Source of the DNA: a virus
Taxonomy: Duplodnaviria; Heunggongvirae; Uroviricota; Caudoviricetes
Virus record (IMG/VR): IMGVR_UViG_3300025072_002801
DNA: 37,709 bases
Reading direction: 5' to 3' (one strand)
Shown: positions 8,792 through 17,628 of the stretch, piece by piece
Layout: each line of letters opens with the position of its first letter
How positions within the stretch are numbered: the stretch's first letter is position 1
Program-made: the position numbers and the translations under genes
The notes under the pieces: generated by a model
Database searches by the model: none
What the model was told of the DNA's origin: nothing
The model's input: only the letters and a program-made list of their open reading frames with translations

Positions 8792-10207
8792 ATGAACGTG
8801 CTGAAGATACAAAACGATTATTCATGGTTGATCACAGACGATGAAATTTTAAAAACGACCCTTTGGAAAGCCCTCAGAAAGCGTGAAAAAGGATACTTTC
8901 ATTCTCCTTTGTTCAAAAAAGGCGTATGGGATGGATATTCAGAGTTTTTTAAATTAAAGACAGGTCGTTTTTTAACTGGTCTATTACCAGAAATCATGGC
9001 TGCTTTGAAAAAACGAGAGTCAGAAGTTCATATTGATGACCAGCGTGGAAGAGTAAACTTTGTCGCTGATTCTATAGATGAAAACTTCATAAAAGACTCT
9101 AATGGACACGTATTGAGAGATTATCAGGTAGATTTGATTAATCGAACAATCAAATACAAAAGAGGAATTGTATTCGCTCCAACATCGGCAGGGAAGACTG
9201 ACATCATGATTGGCATTCTGAAGGCTATACAGCCCGGTACGCCCATTCTCTTCCTTGCTAACCGCAAAGGACTCGTAGATCAAAACTATCGCGAAATCAA
9301 GGCGTGTGGCTTCGACAGGGTGGGCAGGCTTTATGCCAATTTTGCCGAACCTGATTTAATCACCTGTGCGACTGTTCAGTCTCTTCATAAAATTGAAAAG
9401 CAGTTGCCAAAATTCGAAGTGCTTGTCGTAGACGAAATTCACGACATGATGAGCAAGGTCCCAAAGAAGTTCTACAACAAAATGAAGAGTGCCAGTGTAA
9501 GGGTTGCTGTATCCGCCACTCCATTCAAATTTGGCGGAAAAGATAAATGCCAAATGTACAATGTCAAAGGTCATTTCGGTCCTGTCTTCAAAACTGAGGC
9601 TGGCAATGAAAAAGGAGTCCTTACAACAAAGACGTTACAGGATCGTGATATTTTGTCGGCATCAGATTGCACATTTTTTCACATCAATGAACCTAAGATA
9701 CCTTACGAACTTTATTTAGATGCTGTCACAAAAGGCATTGCTGAGAATGTTGTTTTTCACAAAATGGTCAAAAAACTTACTTCATCACTGAAAGGGAGAA
9801 CTTTGATATTGGTAGATCGAATAGCTCACGGTGATGCTCTTAAGCATCTAATTCCAAAAGCTATTTGGATTAGCGGAAAAGACACACTGGAAACAAGACA
9901 GCATGTGGTAGATCAGTTAAAAAACTGCAAGGGGAAAGTGGTTGGAATTGCAACACAGCAAATATTCAATACTGGTATCAACGTTCTTATCCACAACTTA
10001 ATCAATGCGGCTGGTGGTCAAGCGGAGCATCAAATAATTCAAAGAATGGGTCGTGGGTTGCGGACAGCAGATGACAAAGAAGATCTTAAATATTATGATT
10101 TCATTTTCAACATAAATGATTATCTGCTAAAGCACTCGAACAAACGTATTAAGATCCTAAAAGATGAGGGTCACAACATTGAAATAAAAGAGGAATTCAA
10201 ATTATGA
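8792..10207 (+). CDS. uvsW: Superfamily 2 helicase, UvsW-like
   Basis: LRDYQ Q-motif, APTSAGKT, VVDEIH, SATP, QRMGRGLR; N-terminal WDG motif as in T4 UvsW. Confidence 0.85.
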   Translation: MNVLKIQNDYSWLITDDEILKTTLWKALRKREKGYFHSPLFKKGVWDGYSEFFKLKTGRFLTGLLPEIMAALKKRESEVHIDDQRGRVNFVADSIDENFIKDSNGHVLRDYQVDLINRTIKYKRGIVFAPTSAGKTDIMIGILKAIQPGTPILFLANRKGLVDQNYREIKACGFDRVGRLYANFAEPDLITCATVQSLHKIEKQLPKFEVLVVDEIHDMMSKVPKKFYNKMKSASVRVAVSATPFKFGGKDKCQMYNVKGHFGPVFKTEAGNEKGVLTTKTLQDRDILSASDCTFFHINEPKIPYELYLDAVTKGIAENVVFHKMVKKLTSSLKGRTLILVDRIAHGDALKHLIPKAIWISGKDTLETRQHVVDQLKNCKGKVVGIATQQIFNTGINVLIHNLINAAGGQAEHQIIQRMGRGLRTADDKEDLKYYDFIFNINDYLLKHSNKRIKILKDEGHNIEIKEEFKL

Positions 10208-10374
10208 TTTACGCATGGATTATGGGGCTTATAGCTTTATTCATAGCCACAATTTATTGGATAGTAATATCCATCGCCGGAAGTTATATAAACGAAAATA
10301 GAGTTGGCATATTCCAATGGTCAAAGAATAAGCTCAACTCTATTAAAAAATGGATTAAAAATCGTCCAGAGTAA
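10204..10374 (+). CDS. Small single-TM membrane protein (56 aa, not in ORF track)
   Basis: ATGA overlap with the uvsW stop; MIYAWIMGLIALFIATIYWIVISIAG followed by a basic tail. Confidence 0.6.
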   Translation: MIYAWIMGLIALFIATIYWIVISIAGSYINENRVGIFQWSKNKLNSIKKWIKNRPE

Positions 10375-10873
10375 TGTCTGGGTGCCACTTCTCCATCATT
10401 TTGTATATTACTTCCGCAGGAACACCATGCTCGTTACGTTCAGCCAATAAATCAGCGGCACGCTTAAGCTCTTTTACATTCGCTTCTTTCTTTCGAAGCA
10501 AAGGCTGAATTTTTTTCCACCATTTTGAATCTGGCTCAGCAAACTCTACATCGTATCCATGGTTTATGCCAGCCTCTACATAAGGTCGCATATCACGAAT
10601 TTTTACATTGGTGTTATCAATGATGATTGGAGACAAACCCTCTTCCATAGCTTTCTCTGATCGCTCAAAGTTAAGCTTATGGTAATATCCGAGCAACGGA
10701 CCAGTCCTTCCCTGCGAAGATGCCTTGTCCCAATTCTCTCTGTATTCAACTAGGTCTTTGCCCCAGAATTCATCGGTAGAAAAAATCACACCTTCATCAC
10801 CAGCTAATTGCTTGGCTTTAAAACTTTTACCGCCGCCTGGAACGCTTCTCATTATGTAAAGTTTTTTATTCAC
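10355..10873 (-). CDS. P-loop kinase (AAA_33 / N4BP2-like polynucleotide kinase family)
   Basis: LYIMRSVPGGGKS, IFSTDEF, IIIDNTN, RNEHGVP. Confidence 0.85.
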   Translation of the reverse strand: MNKKLYIMRSVPGGGKSFKAKQLAGDEGVIFSTDEFWGKDLVEYRENWDKASSQGRTGPLLGYYHKLNFERSEKAMEEGLSPIIIDNTNVKIRDMRPYVEAGINHGYDVEFAEPDSKWWKKIQPLLRKKEANVKELKRAADLLAERNEHGVPAEVIYKMMEKWHPDITLDDF

Positions 10874-11313
10874 TTTCTTCTACCTCTGCCTTTATGATTG
10901 TGTTGCCTATTTGAATAGGCTCTGAAGTCTTTTGCTTTTCTTTTAACTTCTCCTCTTGTAGGAGAAAAAAATTCAAATGCTTTAGCTTCTTTTGAGAACG
11001 CTTCTAATGCCTTCCCTGCTTCATCGACCTTTACAGCCATTTTCTCATCAAAGTTTCTTATCTCCATGTATCTGCGAAGTATATACTTCTTTTCCTCGAT
11101 ACGAATGTTTGGAAAAATTCCGCTAAATTCCATCCATGAATCAAAACGTCCTTGAGACAAAGCGATATTGCGGTGATAACCAAAGTTATGAAAATCAAAC
11201 ACAAAAAAAAGTCTGTTCTCAGGATCTTTCTCAGTAAAATTCAACCACGAAGACATGCAAGATTTTATTTGCCTCATTTCATATACTCCATCCAATTGCA
11301 AACCATTGAACAA
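10870..11313 (-). CDS. Hypothetical protein
   Basis: Coupled ORF in the minus-strand operon; start uncertain. Confidence 0.55.
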   Translation of the reverse strand: MFNGLQLDGVYEMRQIKSCMSSWLNFTEKDPENRLFFVFDFHNFGYHRNIALSQGRFDSWMEFSGIFPNIRIEEKKYILRRYMEIRNFDEKMAVKVDEAGKALEAFSKEAKAFEFFSPTRGEVKRKAKDFRAYSNRQHNHKGRGRRK

Positions 11314-11522
11314 GGTTCTCTTTCAGCCCTTCCTATCATTTGCGATCTTCTCTTGTAATGTGTTTGGTACAAAGGCTCAATTCCTTGCACAAGACCACCA
11401 GCGCAAAAAAGATTGATTTCCCCTCTTTGCATTCCTTGCCCTGTGTGGACTAGAACTGTGCCAGTTGAACGTTTTTCTATGAAACTCATAAGTAAGTTGT
11501 CTGAGATTTGACTTTCTGACAT
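11274..11522 (-). CDS. Hypothetical protein
   Basis: TAATG coupling to the upstream ORF. Confidence 0.45.
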   Translation of the reverse strand: MSESQISDNLLMSFIEKRSTGTVLVHTGQGMQRGEINLFCAGGLVQGIEPLYQTHYKRRSQMIGRAEREPCSMVCNWMEYMK

Positions 11523-11743
11523 TAAAAAGGAAGTAATTCGCCGGTTTTCTGGTGCATTTCTATCCTAAATTGACAGTATTGCCAATGAGTAGAACCACAG
11601 TCTTTATAGCACTCAATAAAAGTTACCCATGATGACAGGCTGCTTTTCGAATGATCTGAGTGCTGATCAGGGACAGGGAACAAAACTTCTGCGTATCCCT
11701 GCCATTCTTGCATACTGTTGCAGATTGCACTTTTCCAAATCAC
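11522..11743 (-). CDS. Hypothetical protein
   Basis: Fills the gap downstream of the amidinotransferase. Confidence 0.45.
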   Translation of the reverse strand: MIWKSAICNSMQEWQGYAEVLFPVPDQHSDHSKSSLSSWVTFIECYKDCGSTHWQYCQFRIEMHQKTGELLPF

Positions 11744-11746
11744 AAA

Positions 11747-12529
11747 TTACACCCTTAATGTTAGGCATTTGCATGCCCCACCAGATTTCATGAATTCGCT
11801 CATAGGAATCATTATAGGGGTGTACCCTTCTTTTTTCAAGAGGGATGCTGTCTCAGGACATTCCGATGGAATTATCACGGCTTTTTCGACAACAACAGCG
11901 TTGCAAGCGAAATTAGCAGCTTCGTTTGCTGAGATGGGAATTATTTTCGTGTGCTTGGAAAATCTTCGGATTGAATCATCATCAAAAGCACCAACATACA
12001 TTAGAGATCTTTTTTCATCAAGTGGACAAAAACATGTGTCAAGATGGTAGAAACGAGGGTTTACAAGGCGTCCAGAAACAACACTGCCCTTATCCAATAA
12101 TTCGTACACTGCTCGATTAGATGCTAACAGGGATGACCTAAAGCCGTATCCCATAAACATCTTCTTGCCGTTCCACAAGGCGTCACCAGCGCCTTCGAAC
12201 TTGTGGTTGGATTTAATTACTTCATATCCATTGTCATTAAACCACTTTTCCCAATGCGATTCTTCCACTTGTCTTTCAGGATGTGAAAAAGTTGGAACAT
12301 AAGCCCTATTTTCAATGACGACGCCTCCATTGGCTGTAAAGACCATATCAGGCATGCCTTCTTGAGGGGCGATATATTTTAAATTTACGCCCAGACTATC
12401 GAGAGTATCCCTAAGCCTATTCCATTGATCTGACGCAAGTTTAGAATCTACTTTATTCTCCGTATGCATCCATGGATTTATCTCATAATCAATGCCAAAA
12501 TAAGTTGGTTCGCATAGAAGTATTTTCAT
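11747..12529 (-). CDS. Amidinotransferase / dimethylarginine dimethylaminohydrolase family (arginine dihydrolase-like)
   Basis: YEINPWM, PDMVFTAN, FEGAGD, FYHLDTCF, FACNAV, KSGGACKCLTL (catalytic D/H/C present). Confidence 0.9.
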   Translation of the reverse strand: MKILLCEPTYFGIDYEINPWMHTENKVDSKLASDQWNRLRDTLDSLGVNLKYIAPQEGMPDMVFTANGGVVIENRAYVPTFSHPERQVEESHWEKWFNDNGYEVIKSNHKFEGAGDALWNGKKMFMGYGFRSSLLASNRAVYELLDKGSVVSGRLVNPRFYHLDTCFCPLDEKRSLMYVGAFDDDSIRRFSKHTKIIPISANEAANFACNAVVVEKAVIIPSECPETASLLKKEGYTPIMIPMSEFMKSGGACKCLTLRV

Positions 12530-12531
12530 AA

Positions 12532-12867
12532 TTAATATTCACTGTATGGAGACGGATTGTATTTTTTCTCAATTAGAGGTTCAACTTCATCACGTTCATC
12601 ATCATTGAAACTCATCCATCCTGACATAATATTTGCTGCGACAAAAGATTTTTGTTGAGATATTTTATTATGATCTACAAAGGCTTTAGGTACATCTCCA
12701 TTGAATGGAATATAATAGCCTTTTTGTTGCTGAACTAAATCTCCAGCAAATCCCGCTGCGAATGTTCCAGTTCCAGTTGCGGTTCCAGTTGCAGTTCCAG
12801 TGGAAAAACTACCGACTGAACGACAAGTGCCTATGTTTTTGTATTTGTATTTCGTTAAATATGCCAT
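12532..12867 (-). CDS. Hypothetical protein
   Basis: Coupled ORF with a TGTA low-complexity run. Confidence 0.6.
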   Translation of the reverse strand: MAYLTKYKYKNIGTCRSVGSFSTGTATGTATGTGTFAAGFAGDLVQQQKGYYIPFNGDVPKAFVDHNKISQQKSFVAANIMSGWMSFNDDERDEVEPLIEKKYNPSPYSEY

Positions 12868-13181
12868 TATTTACCTTTTGTGTAAAATGAGTATCCTCTT
12901 GAATAACATGAGCTACAAGAAACGTATCCATATCCATATACATTGATTGACGTAGCTGAAATGCCATTGAGCAACGGATCGGCTGAATAGTCGCCACTAG
13001 CAAACGACCCTTCTTGTGGAGAGGATGAAGAGGCGAATGAACTCTCTTTCTTTGGTTCAGCAATTCCAGAAGCCAAAAATGCTACCCTTCTATTTATTTT
13101 TTTCTGATTATATGTCACCCTATGCATCGCTTTGGATGCCTTGCTGTCATATGTCGATAACGGTCGTCTTCTTTTATTCAT
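12867..13181 (-). CDS. Hypothetical basic, Ser-rich protein
   Basis: GGAG RBS; TAATG coupling to the next gene. Confidence 0.55.
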   Translation of the reverse strand: MNKRRRPLSTYDSKASKAMHRVTYNQKKINRRVAFLASGIAEPKKESSFASSSSPQEGSFASGDYSADPLLNGISATSINVYGYGYVSCSSCYSRGYSFYTKGK

Positions 13182-13225
13182 TGTTTATATCTCCATATTA
13201 ATAATAGTAATTCATACATAAAAAC

Positions 13226-13588
13226 ATGGAATTCAAAGACTGGATGGAACAATCGAACAGAGTCCCTTCTGTTATGTGGCATGTGTCAAACTATAAATTT
13301 GACAAATTCGATCTTAACAATGCTGGTCAACAAATTTTATGGTTTGCTAAAGATCGTGATGATCTATTAAGTCATCACGGTGGAGCGAGCATAAGAAAAA
13401 GTATGCCTTTGTATTTGTACAAAGTCTCAACAACCGTTAGCAACCCTGCTAGTTGGGAAGAGTATGATAAATACATGCTAAATCAAATTGAACAAATGGG
13501 ATATGATTCAATGGATTTAGGAGATGATTTCGTAGTATTTAATCCAAATGATGTAAAAATACTAGACGTTGAAATGATTCGTAAATAG
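13226..13588 (+). CDS. ADP-ribosyltransferase-fold protein (ART-PolyVal-like) with capsid-targeting-like N-terminus
   Basis: MEFKDWME start; MWHVS..FDKFD...ILWF...LYKV...NP...GYDS...FVVFNPNDVK. Confidence 0.6.
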   Translation: MEFKDWMEQSNRVPSVMWHVSNYKFDKFDLNNAGQQILWFAKDRDDLLSHHGGASIRKSMPLYLYKVSTTVSNPASWEEYDKYMLNQIEQMGYDSMDLGDDFVVFNPNDVKILDVEMIRK

Positions 13589-13589
13589 A

Positions 13590-13958
13590 TTAGAGTGGAT
13601 CAGATGGAGCAGAATCATTTCCAGCCCATTGAGTAGTAGAAGGCGATGGCTCCATTTTGTCTACATCAGACGAGGACGGCGCTCCACCAAGGTCAGATTG
13701 ACGAGAAATGATGTTTATCAAATCCCTCAACTTTGTATTGCCATCTTTAAGAGCAGCTATTGTCGATCCTTTGACATCAGGCGGAAGTTCGTCAAGAATT
13801 GGCATCTTCTCCAATTCATGAGAATTAGCGAAAGATTGAATTTCGTCATCCATACGAGATTCTATATGGTCTGGATTAATTCCAAGCTGAGACAGTATTG
13901 CTTGCTTAATCCTGTCTTCTGAGTCTTGGGCTTCTGTGAACTGGCTGAAACTTTGCAT
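13590..13958 (-). CDS. Acidic hypothetical protein with capsid-targeting-like N-terminus
   Basis: MQSFSQFTEA start; TAGATA 4 nt upstream of ATG. Confidence 0.65.
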   Translation of the reverse strand: MQSFSQFTEAQDSEDRIKQAILSQLGINPDHIESRMDDEIQSFANSHELEKMPILDELPPDVKGSTIAALKDGNTKLRDLINIISRQSDLGGAPSSSDVDKMEPSPSTTQWAGNDSAPSDPL

Positions 13959-13971
13959 AACTTATCTATTG

Positions 13972-14844
13972 CTACCCAATCATTTCCCAGATTAATTTTC
14001 TTCTTATTTCCAATCCATATTTCGCTTGCTTAAAATAAACCGCCCTTGGATCTTTGTCCACAGCAGGATCAATTTCAGACTTTCTAGGAAGTGGATGCAT
14101 AATTATTGCATCTTCTCTCAAAGACTCCATTACTTCTGGCGTTATTCTAAAGCTGGGGGGCAAATGATTCAGCCCAGAGTCTCTATCTTGTTGTATCCGA
14201 CTCATGTAAATTACATCAGCTTGTTTTGCAATCTCTATCGCTGGCGGGGCTGGACTAACTTTTGTCCATGCGCATTGATTCCATTTTGGAGAGGATTCTC
14301 CAGCAATCCTTAAATTAGAATGAGAATCCATCCATATTTCGTTATCAAACAGAGCAGCTAGACGTATAAAGGATTTGGCTGCTCTACCCCACATAAAGTC
14401 ACCACTTACAAGAATTTTCAAGCCCGTATAAGTTCCTTTCTCCTTGTAGATTGTATACAGGTCTGTTAGAGCTTGGGTCGGATGTTCGCCATACCCACTT
14501 CCAGCATTGATTACAGGGCAATCTGAGTATAATCCAGCTATATTAGCGTCTCCAATGCCGGAACTTCTAATTGCTATCAAATCCACGTATTGAGAGATTG
14601 ATTTCACTGTATCGGGAAGACTTTCGCCCTTAGTGACGGAAGTGGTTCCTTCGCTTGAGACAGAAACTACTTTTCCGCCCAAACTTTGCATGGCAACCTC
14701 AAAAGATAGCCTAGTACGAGTAGATGGCTCAAGAAACAAAGTTGCCATTGTTTTGCCATGCATCTCCTCCATTATCTCTGGGAGATCATAAAACAACTTT
14801 TTAACGTACTCTCTGGTCAGATCGCTGGTTTTGATTATATTCAT
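13972..14844 (-). CDS. pyrB: Aspartate carbamoyltransferase catalytic subunit
   Basis: FLEPSTRTRLSF, KGESL, INAG.G..EHPTQAL, RIQ, HPLP; start reassigned to ATG 14844. Confidence 0.92.
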   Translation of the reverse strand: MNIIKTSDLTREYVKKLFYDLPEIMEEMHGKTMATLFLEPSTRTRLSFEVAMQSLGGKVVSVSSEGTTSVTKGESLPDTVKSISQYVDLIAIRSSGIGDANIAGLYSDCPVINAGSGYGEHPTQALTDLYTIYKEKGTYTGLKILVSGDFMWGRAAKSFIRLAALFDNEIWMDSHSNLRIAGESSPKWNQCAWTKVSPAPPAIEIAKQADVIYMSRIQQDRDSGLNHLPPSFRITPEVMESLREDAIIMHPLPRKSEIDPAVDKDPRAVYFKQAKYGLEIRRKLIWEMIG

Positions 14845-14851
14845 AATCTGA

Positions 14852-14879
14852 ATTATATCATGTTTCAAAAATGGTGCAA
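14852..14879 (-). promoter_or_regulatory. Sigma70-like promoter (leaderless pyrB)
   Basis: TTGCAC-16-TATAAT with extended TG, 7 nt before ATG. Confidence 0.65.
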
Positions 14880-14899
14880 TAGAACCCTAAATAACTTTA

Positions 14900-15709
14900 A
14901 TGGACATCAAATTCAAAAAATGGCTACTATCGGAACAATGGAAAGATCTCTTTGGTTTTGACAATGAATCAGATCAACTAAAGAAGAAGTCTGATAGCAG
15001 GCACCACAGTCACATAAACCCCGATCTTCCAATTCGACAGTTAGATGTTGAATCTGTTATTGAGCAAATATCGGAGAAGACAGTTCGAGGAGAGAAAGGT
15101 CGTGTTTTATTTGTTAACCAAATTCAATGGGGTCATGGGCGTGGAGCAATGAGAGTTAAAATACATCCAGACCTTCATACTGAAATAGCAAAATTAAATT
15201 ACGACCTAGAAGGAACTCCTACTTGGGCTACTAAAAGAACTTTTGTAATCAATCGTGCTGGATATGGTGGAAAAGAAGATTCTATTGCGGAAGAACTTCA
15301 TCAACAGGTTGCATTTGTAGAAAACCTTCCTTTAGACGACGCTCAAAAAAACTACAGAGGATTAGAAAAGCTGGTCGTTTCAATGGCTGACAAAATGAAG
15401 AGAACAGCCCGTGGATTTTTCGTATTTGAAGGGATCAGAAAGGTTGATGACAACCAATACATCATTCGTTTTTCGGTTGCTGGGCAAGGATTAGAAGCTC
15501 CAGACCAAAGAAGAGTTATCGAAAATCAAACTCTTCTTTATTATGACAAAAACAGCGGAAAGATAAGATTGACGAACAAGAACATTGAATCAGATGTTGG
15601 TCGTCACAGTTGGGAAATAATGCCATCTGACACAGACGTTAATTTTATGCCAACGCAGCCTCCTGAAGAAATGGTCAACATAATGTCTACTGCTATTCGC
15701 TGGTATTAA
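14900..15709 (+). CDS. Hypothetical virion-associated protein
   Basis: MDIKFKKWLLSE start; TAAATA 6 nt upstream. Confidence 0.7.
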   Translation: MDIKFKKWLLSEQWKDLFGFDNESDQLKKKSDSRHHSHINPDLPIRQLDVESVIEQISEKTVRGEKGRVLFVNQIQWGHGRGAMRVKIHPDLHTEIAKLNYDLEGTPTWATKRTFVINRAGYGGKEDSIAEELHQQVAFVENLPLDDAQKNYRGLEKLVVSMADKMKRTARGFFVFEGIRKVDDNQYIIRFSVAGQGLEAPDQRRVIENQTLLYYDKNSGKIRLTNKNIESDVGRHSWEIMPSDTDVNFMPTQPPEEMVNIMSTAIRWY

Positions 15710-15861
15710 AAACGCCCCAATCTTTCAATCAAAGTGCAAGCCCGCCAAACCAGCCTCAGAAACGGATTTGGCTTAGGACTTGATTTTTTTGGTTCAACTT
15801 TAATGCAATTATTTTGCGCCCAATTTCTTGGTCTTGGCGGTCTTGTTGGGATTATTCCCAT
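15706..15861 (-). CDS. Small Pro/Arg-rich protein (51 aa, not in ORF track)
   Basis: MGIIPTRPPRPRNW...LGRF; fills the gap between two genes. Confidence 0.45.
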   Translation of the reverse strand: MGIIPTRPPRPRNWAQNNCIKVEPKKSSPKPNPFLRLVWRACTLIERLGRF

Positions 15862-15870
15862 TGTTATCGC

Positions 15871-16188
15871 TTATCTAAAAAATCTAAATGTAAACCCATT
15901 AGGTCGATAGTAGTATTGATTTGGGTAATAGTAGAATCGTTGTTGATATACTGGCGGGTATATATACTGAGGTACGTAACGAACGCCATTGTGATAATGA
16001 ACTCCATGAACGCCATTGTAATAACGAATGCCATTGTTGTATTGATGGTACTGTTGATGGTGTCGTATGTGATCTACACTATAGCTGTGTATGTGGCGTG
16101 TTGTGTACTTAGAGTATTGAGCTTCGCACATTGATGGAACAAAGAATGCTCCTAGAGACAAAGCAATTATTGCGATTGTGTTTTTCAT
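15871..16188 (-). CDS. Secreted Tyr/His-rich low-complexity protein
   Basis: Signal peptide MKNTIAIIALSLGAFFVPSMCEA; repeated Y.NG[IV] units. Confidence 0.75.
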   Translation of the reverse strand: MKNTIAIIALSLGAFFVPSMCEAQYSKYTTRHIHSYSVDHIRHHQQYHQYNNGIRYYNGVHGVHYHNGVRYVPQYIYPPVYQQRFYYYPNQYYYRPNGFTFRFFR

Positions 16189-16215
16189 TTGTAAATTCCT
16201 GTGTGTGTGTGGTTT

Positions 16216-16650
16216 TCATTCAGCTACAAAATCATACCATTCATCCATTAGATTGTCAATCTTGTTTTTACCAATGGGGACTTTTCTAGGAAACTGCTTG
16301 GAATAAACTCCTGCTTCGCTAAGTATGTCCTCATCTACATGAACGTCCATCCAATCCTCTACTATATAAGAATTTCGCACATAGTAGACGGGCGATGAAT
16401 CTGGGTCAAGCATGATTCCATAGTGTTTTATGGCACCATCAAGCAATTTTTTTCCGTATCTCGTCAATATTCCTTCATTTGGATTGAAACTTTCTGAATC
16501 AATAACTACAGAAGTTGAAACAAGTGGAACGTATGGTGCGTAAAAATATCCGCAATCCATAAACGTCACCTCTTTTTCTACAGAGTATGGCGATGCAGTC
16601 TTCCATTCTTGCCTTACTGGACACCACTCTCTCTTTTCGATTTCATTCAT
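16216..16650 (-). CDS. Small protein containing a fragment of T4-like major capsid protein (gp23 C-terminal segment)
   Basis: MDCGYFYAPYVPL...VIDSESFNPNEGILTRYGKKLL resembles the gp23 YAPYVPL...F.P..G..TRYG signature. Confidence 0.7.
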   Translation of the reverse strand: MNEIEKREWCPVRQEWKTASPYSVEKEVTFMDCGYFYAPYVPLVSTSVVIDSESFNPNEGILTRYGKKLLDGAIKHYGIMLDPDSSPVYYVRNSYIVEDWMDVHVDEDILSEAGVYSKQFPRKVPIGKNKIDNLMDEWYDFVAE

Positions 16651-17299
16651 TAATGTCACCGAAATCTTCGCCTATAAAACCGCACCAGTCGTCGAAGTCT
16701 CTTTTTAACTGACCTTTCAAACTATTGTCTACTTCTAAGTTCATGACGATATTGTTATTCGGAAGAACATTCCAAACATGTCGATTATCGACAATAATTT
16801 CATCTGGGACATCATGTTCTATAATAATATTACGTCCCACCCATGGCCAAGGCTCAGGCTCAGGCACATTAGCGTTCCAGGGACGGAAATTATACAGCCC
16901 GTTATTCAAACTTTCTATAGCTCGTCTATCTACGCCTGGATAGCCTCTGTGTCCGTATTCTTGGTGTGGCGTGAATTCATCCACCAGCCAATACATGTCT
17001 CTCCAAAATATAAATATATTAGGCTCATTCATTCCCCATGGCTCTTGTTGTATTCTAGAAGAGGTGCTGAGCAAAGTCACTTTTTCGCCCCAAACTGGGT
17101 CTGGGTGTTCTGATTGAACTGAGAATTCAAATTCTATGTCATCGTCTTGAATTTCTCCAACGGTGCTGTAATCATCACAATGATAAAAACATGTGTGTCC
17201 ATCGTACCCCCCTAAATTGTGGGGGTTTCTCTGTATTGGGACATCTCGTAGATCTCTATGCCAAGACCATACGCTAACTTTTATCCTAAACCCAATCAT
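16643..17299 (-). CDS. Hypothetical protein
   Basis: 218-aa ORF; C-terminal DDWCGFIGE resembles DEWYDFVAE of the next gene. Confidence 0.7.
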   Translation of the reverse strand: MIGFRIKVSVWSWHRDLRDVPIQRNPHNLGGYDGHTCFYHCDDYSTVGEIQDDDIEFEFSVQSEHPDPVWGEKVTLLSTSSRIQQEPWGMNEPNIFIFWRDMYWLVDEFTPHQEYGHRGYPGVDRRAIESLNNGLYNFRPWNANVPEPEPWPWVGRNIIIEHDVPDEIIVDNRHVWNVLPNNNIVMNLEVDNSLKGQLKRDFDDWCGFIGEDFGDINE

Positions 17300-17310
17300 A
17301 TCAACACACC

Positions 17311-17628
17311 TTACGGACCTATAGAAAATTTAGATCCATCTATCATAACATCAAATTTAGCTTTAGGCAACTTCTTTTGCAAAGAAACTATAAGTTGGAT
17401 AGCCTGTTTTCTGGACAAGCTCTTTGAAAGATAACTTCCAGACCCGCCGCCGCCAGAAACGTCTGCTCGAAAAATGCTATATGGGTTACTGACCCATCTA
17501 ACCCTTATCTTGTTTATGTTTCTCCAAGGAACTCTTGACCCAAAATAACTTCTTACGCCATTTAGAATTGATTCGCATGCTTGATTAATTTCATCTTTCT
17601 CAAGCCATTTATTTTTTAAAATTTTCAC
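17311..17628 (-). CDS. Hypothetical protein
   Basis: Probable GTG start (MKILKNKWLEKDE); start uncertain. Confidence 0.5.
   Translation of the reverse strand: MKILKNKWLEKDEINQACESILNGVRSYFGSRVPWRNINKIRVRWVSNPYSIFRADVSGGGGSGSYLSKSLSRKQAIQLIVSLQKKLPKAKFDVMIDGSKFSIGP

Noticed and set aside
16200-16212. (TG)n microsatellite
   Set aside because: Too short to indicate function.
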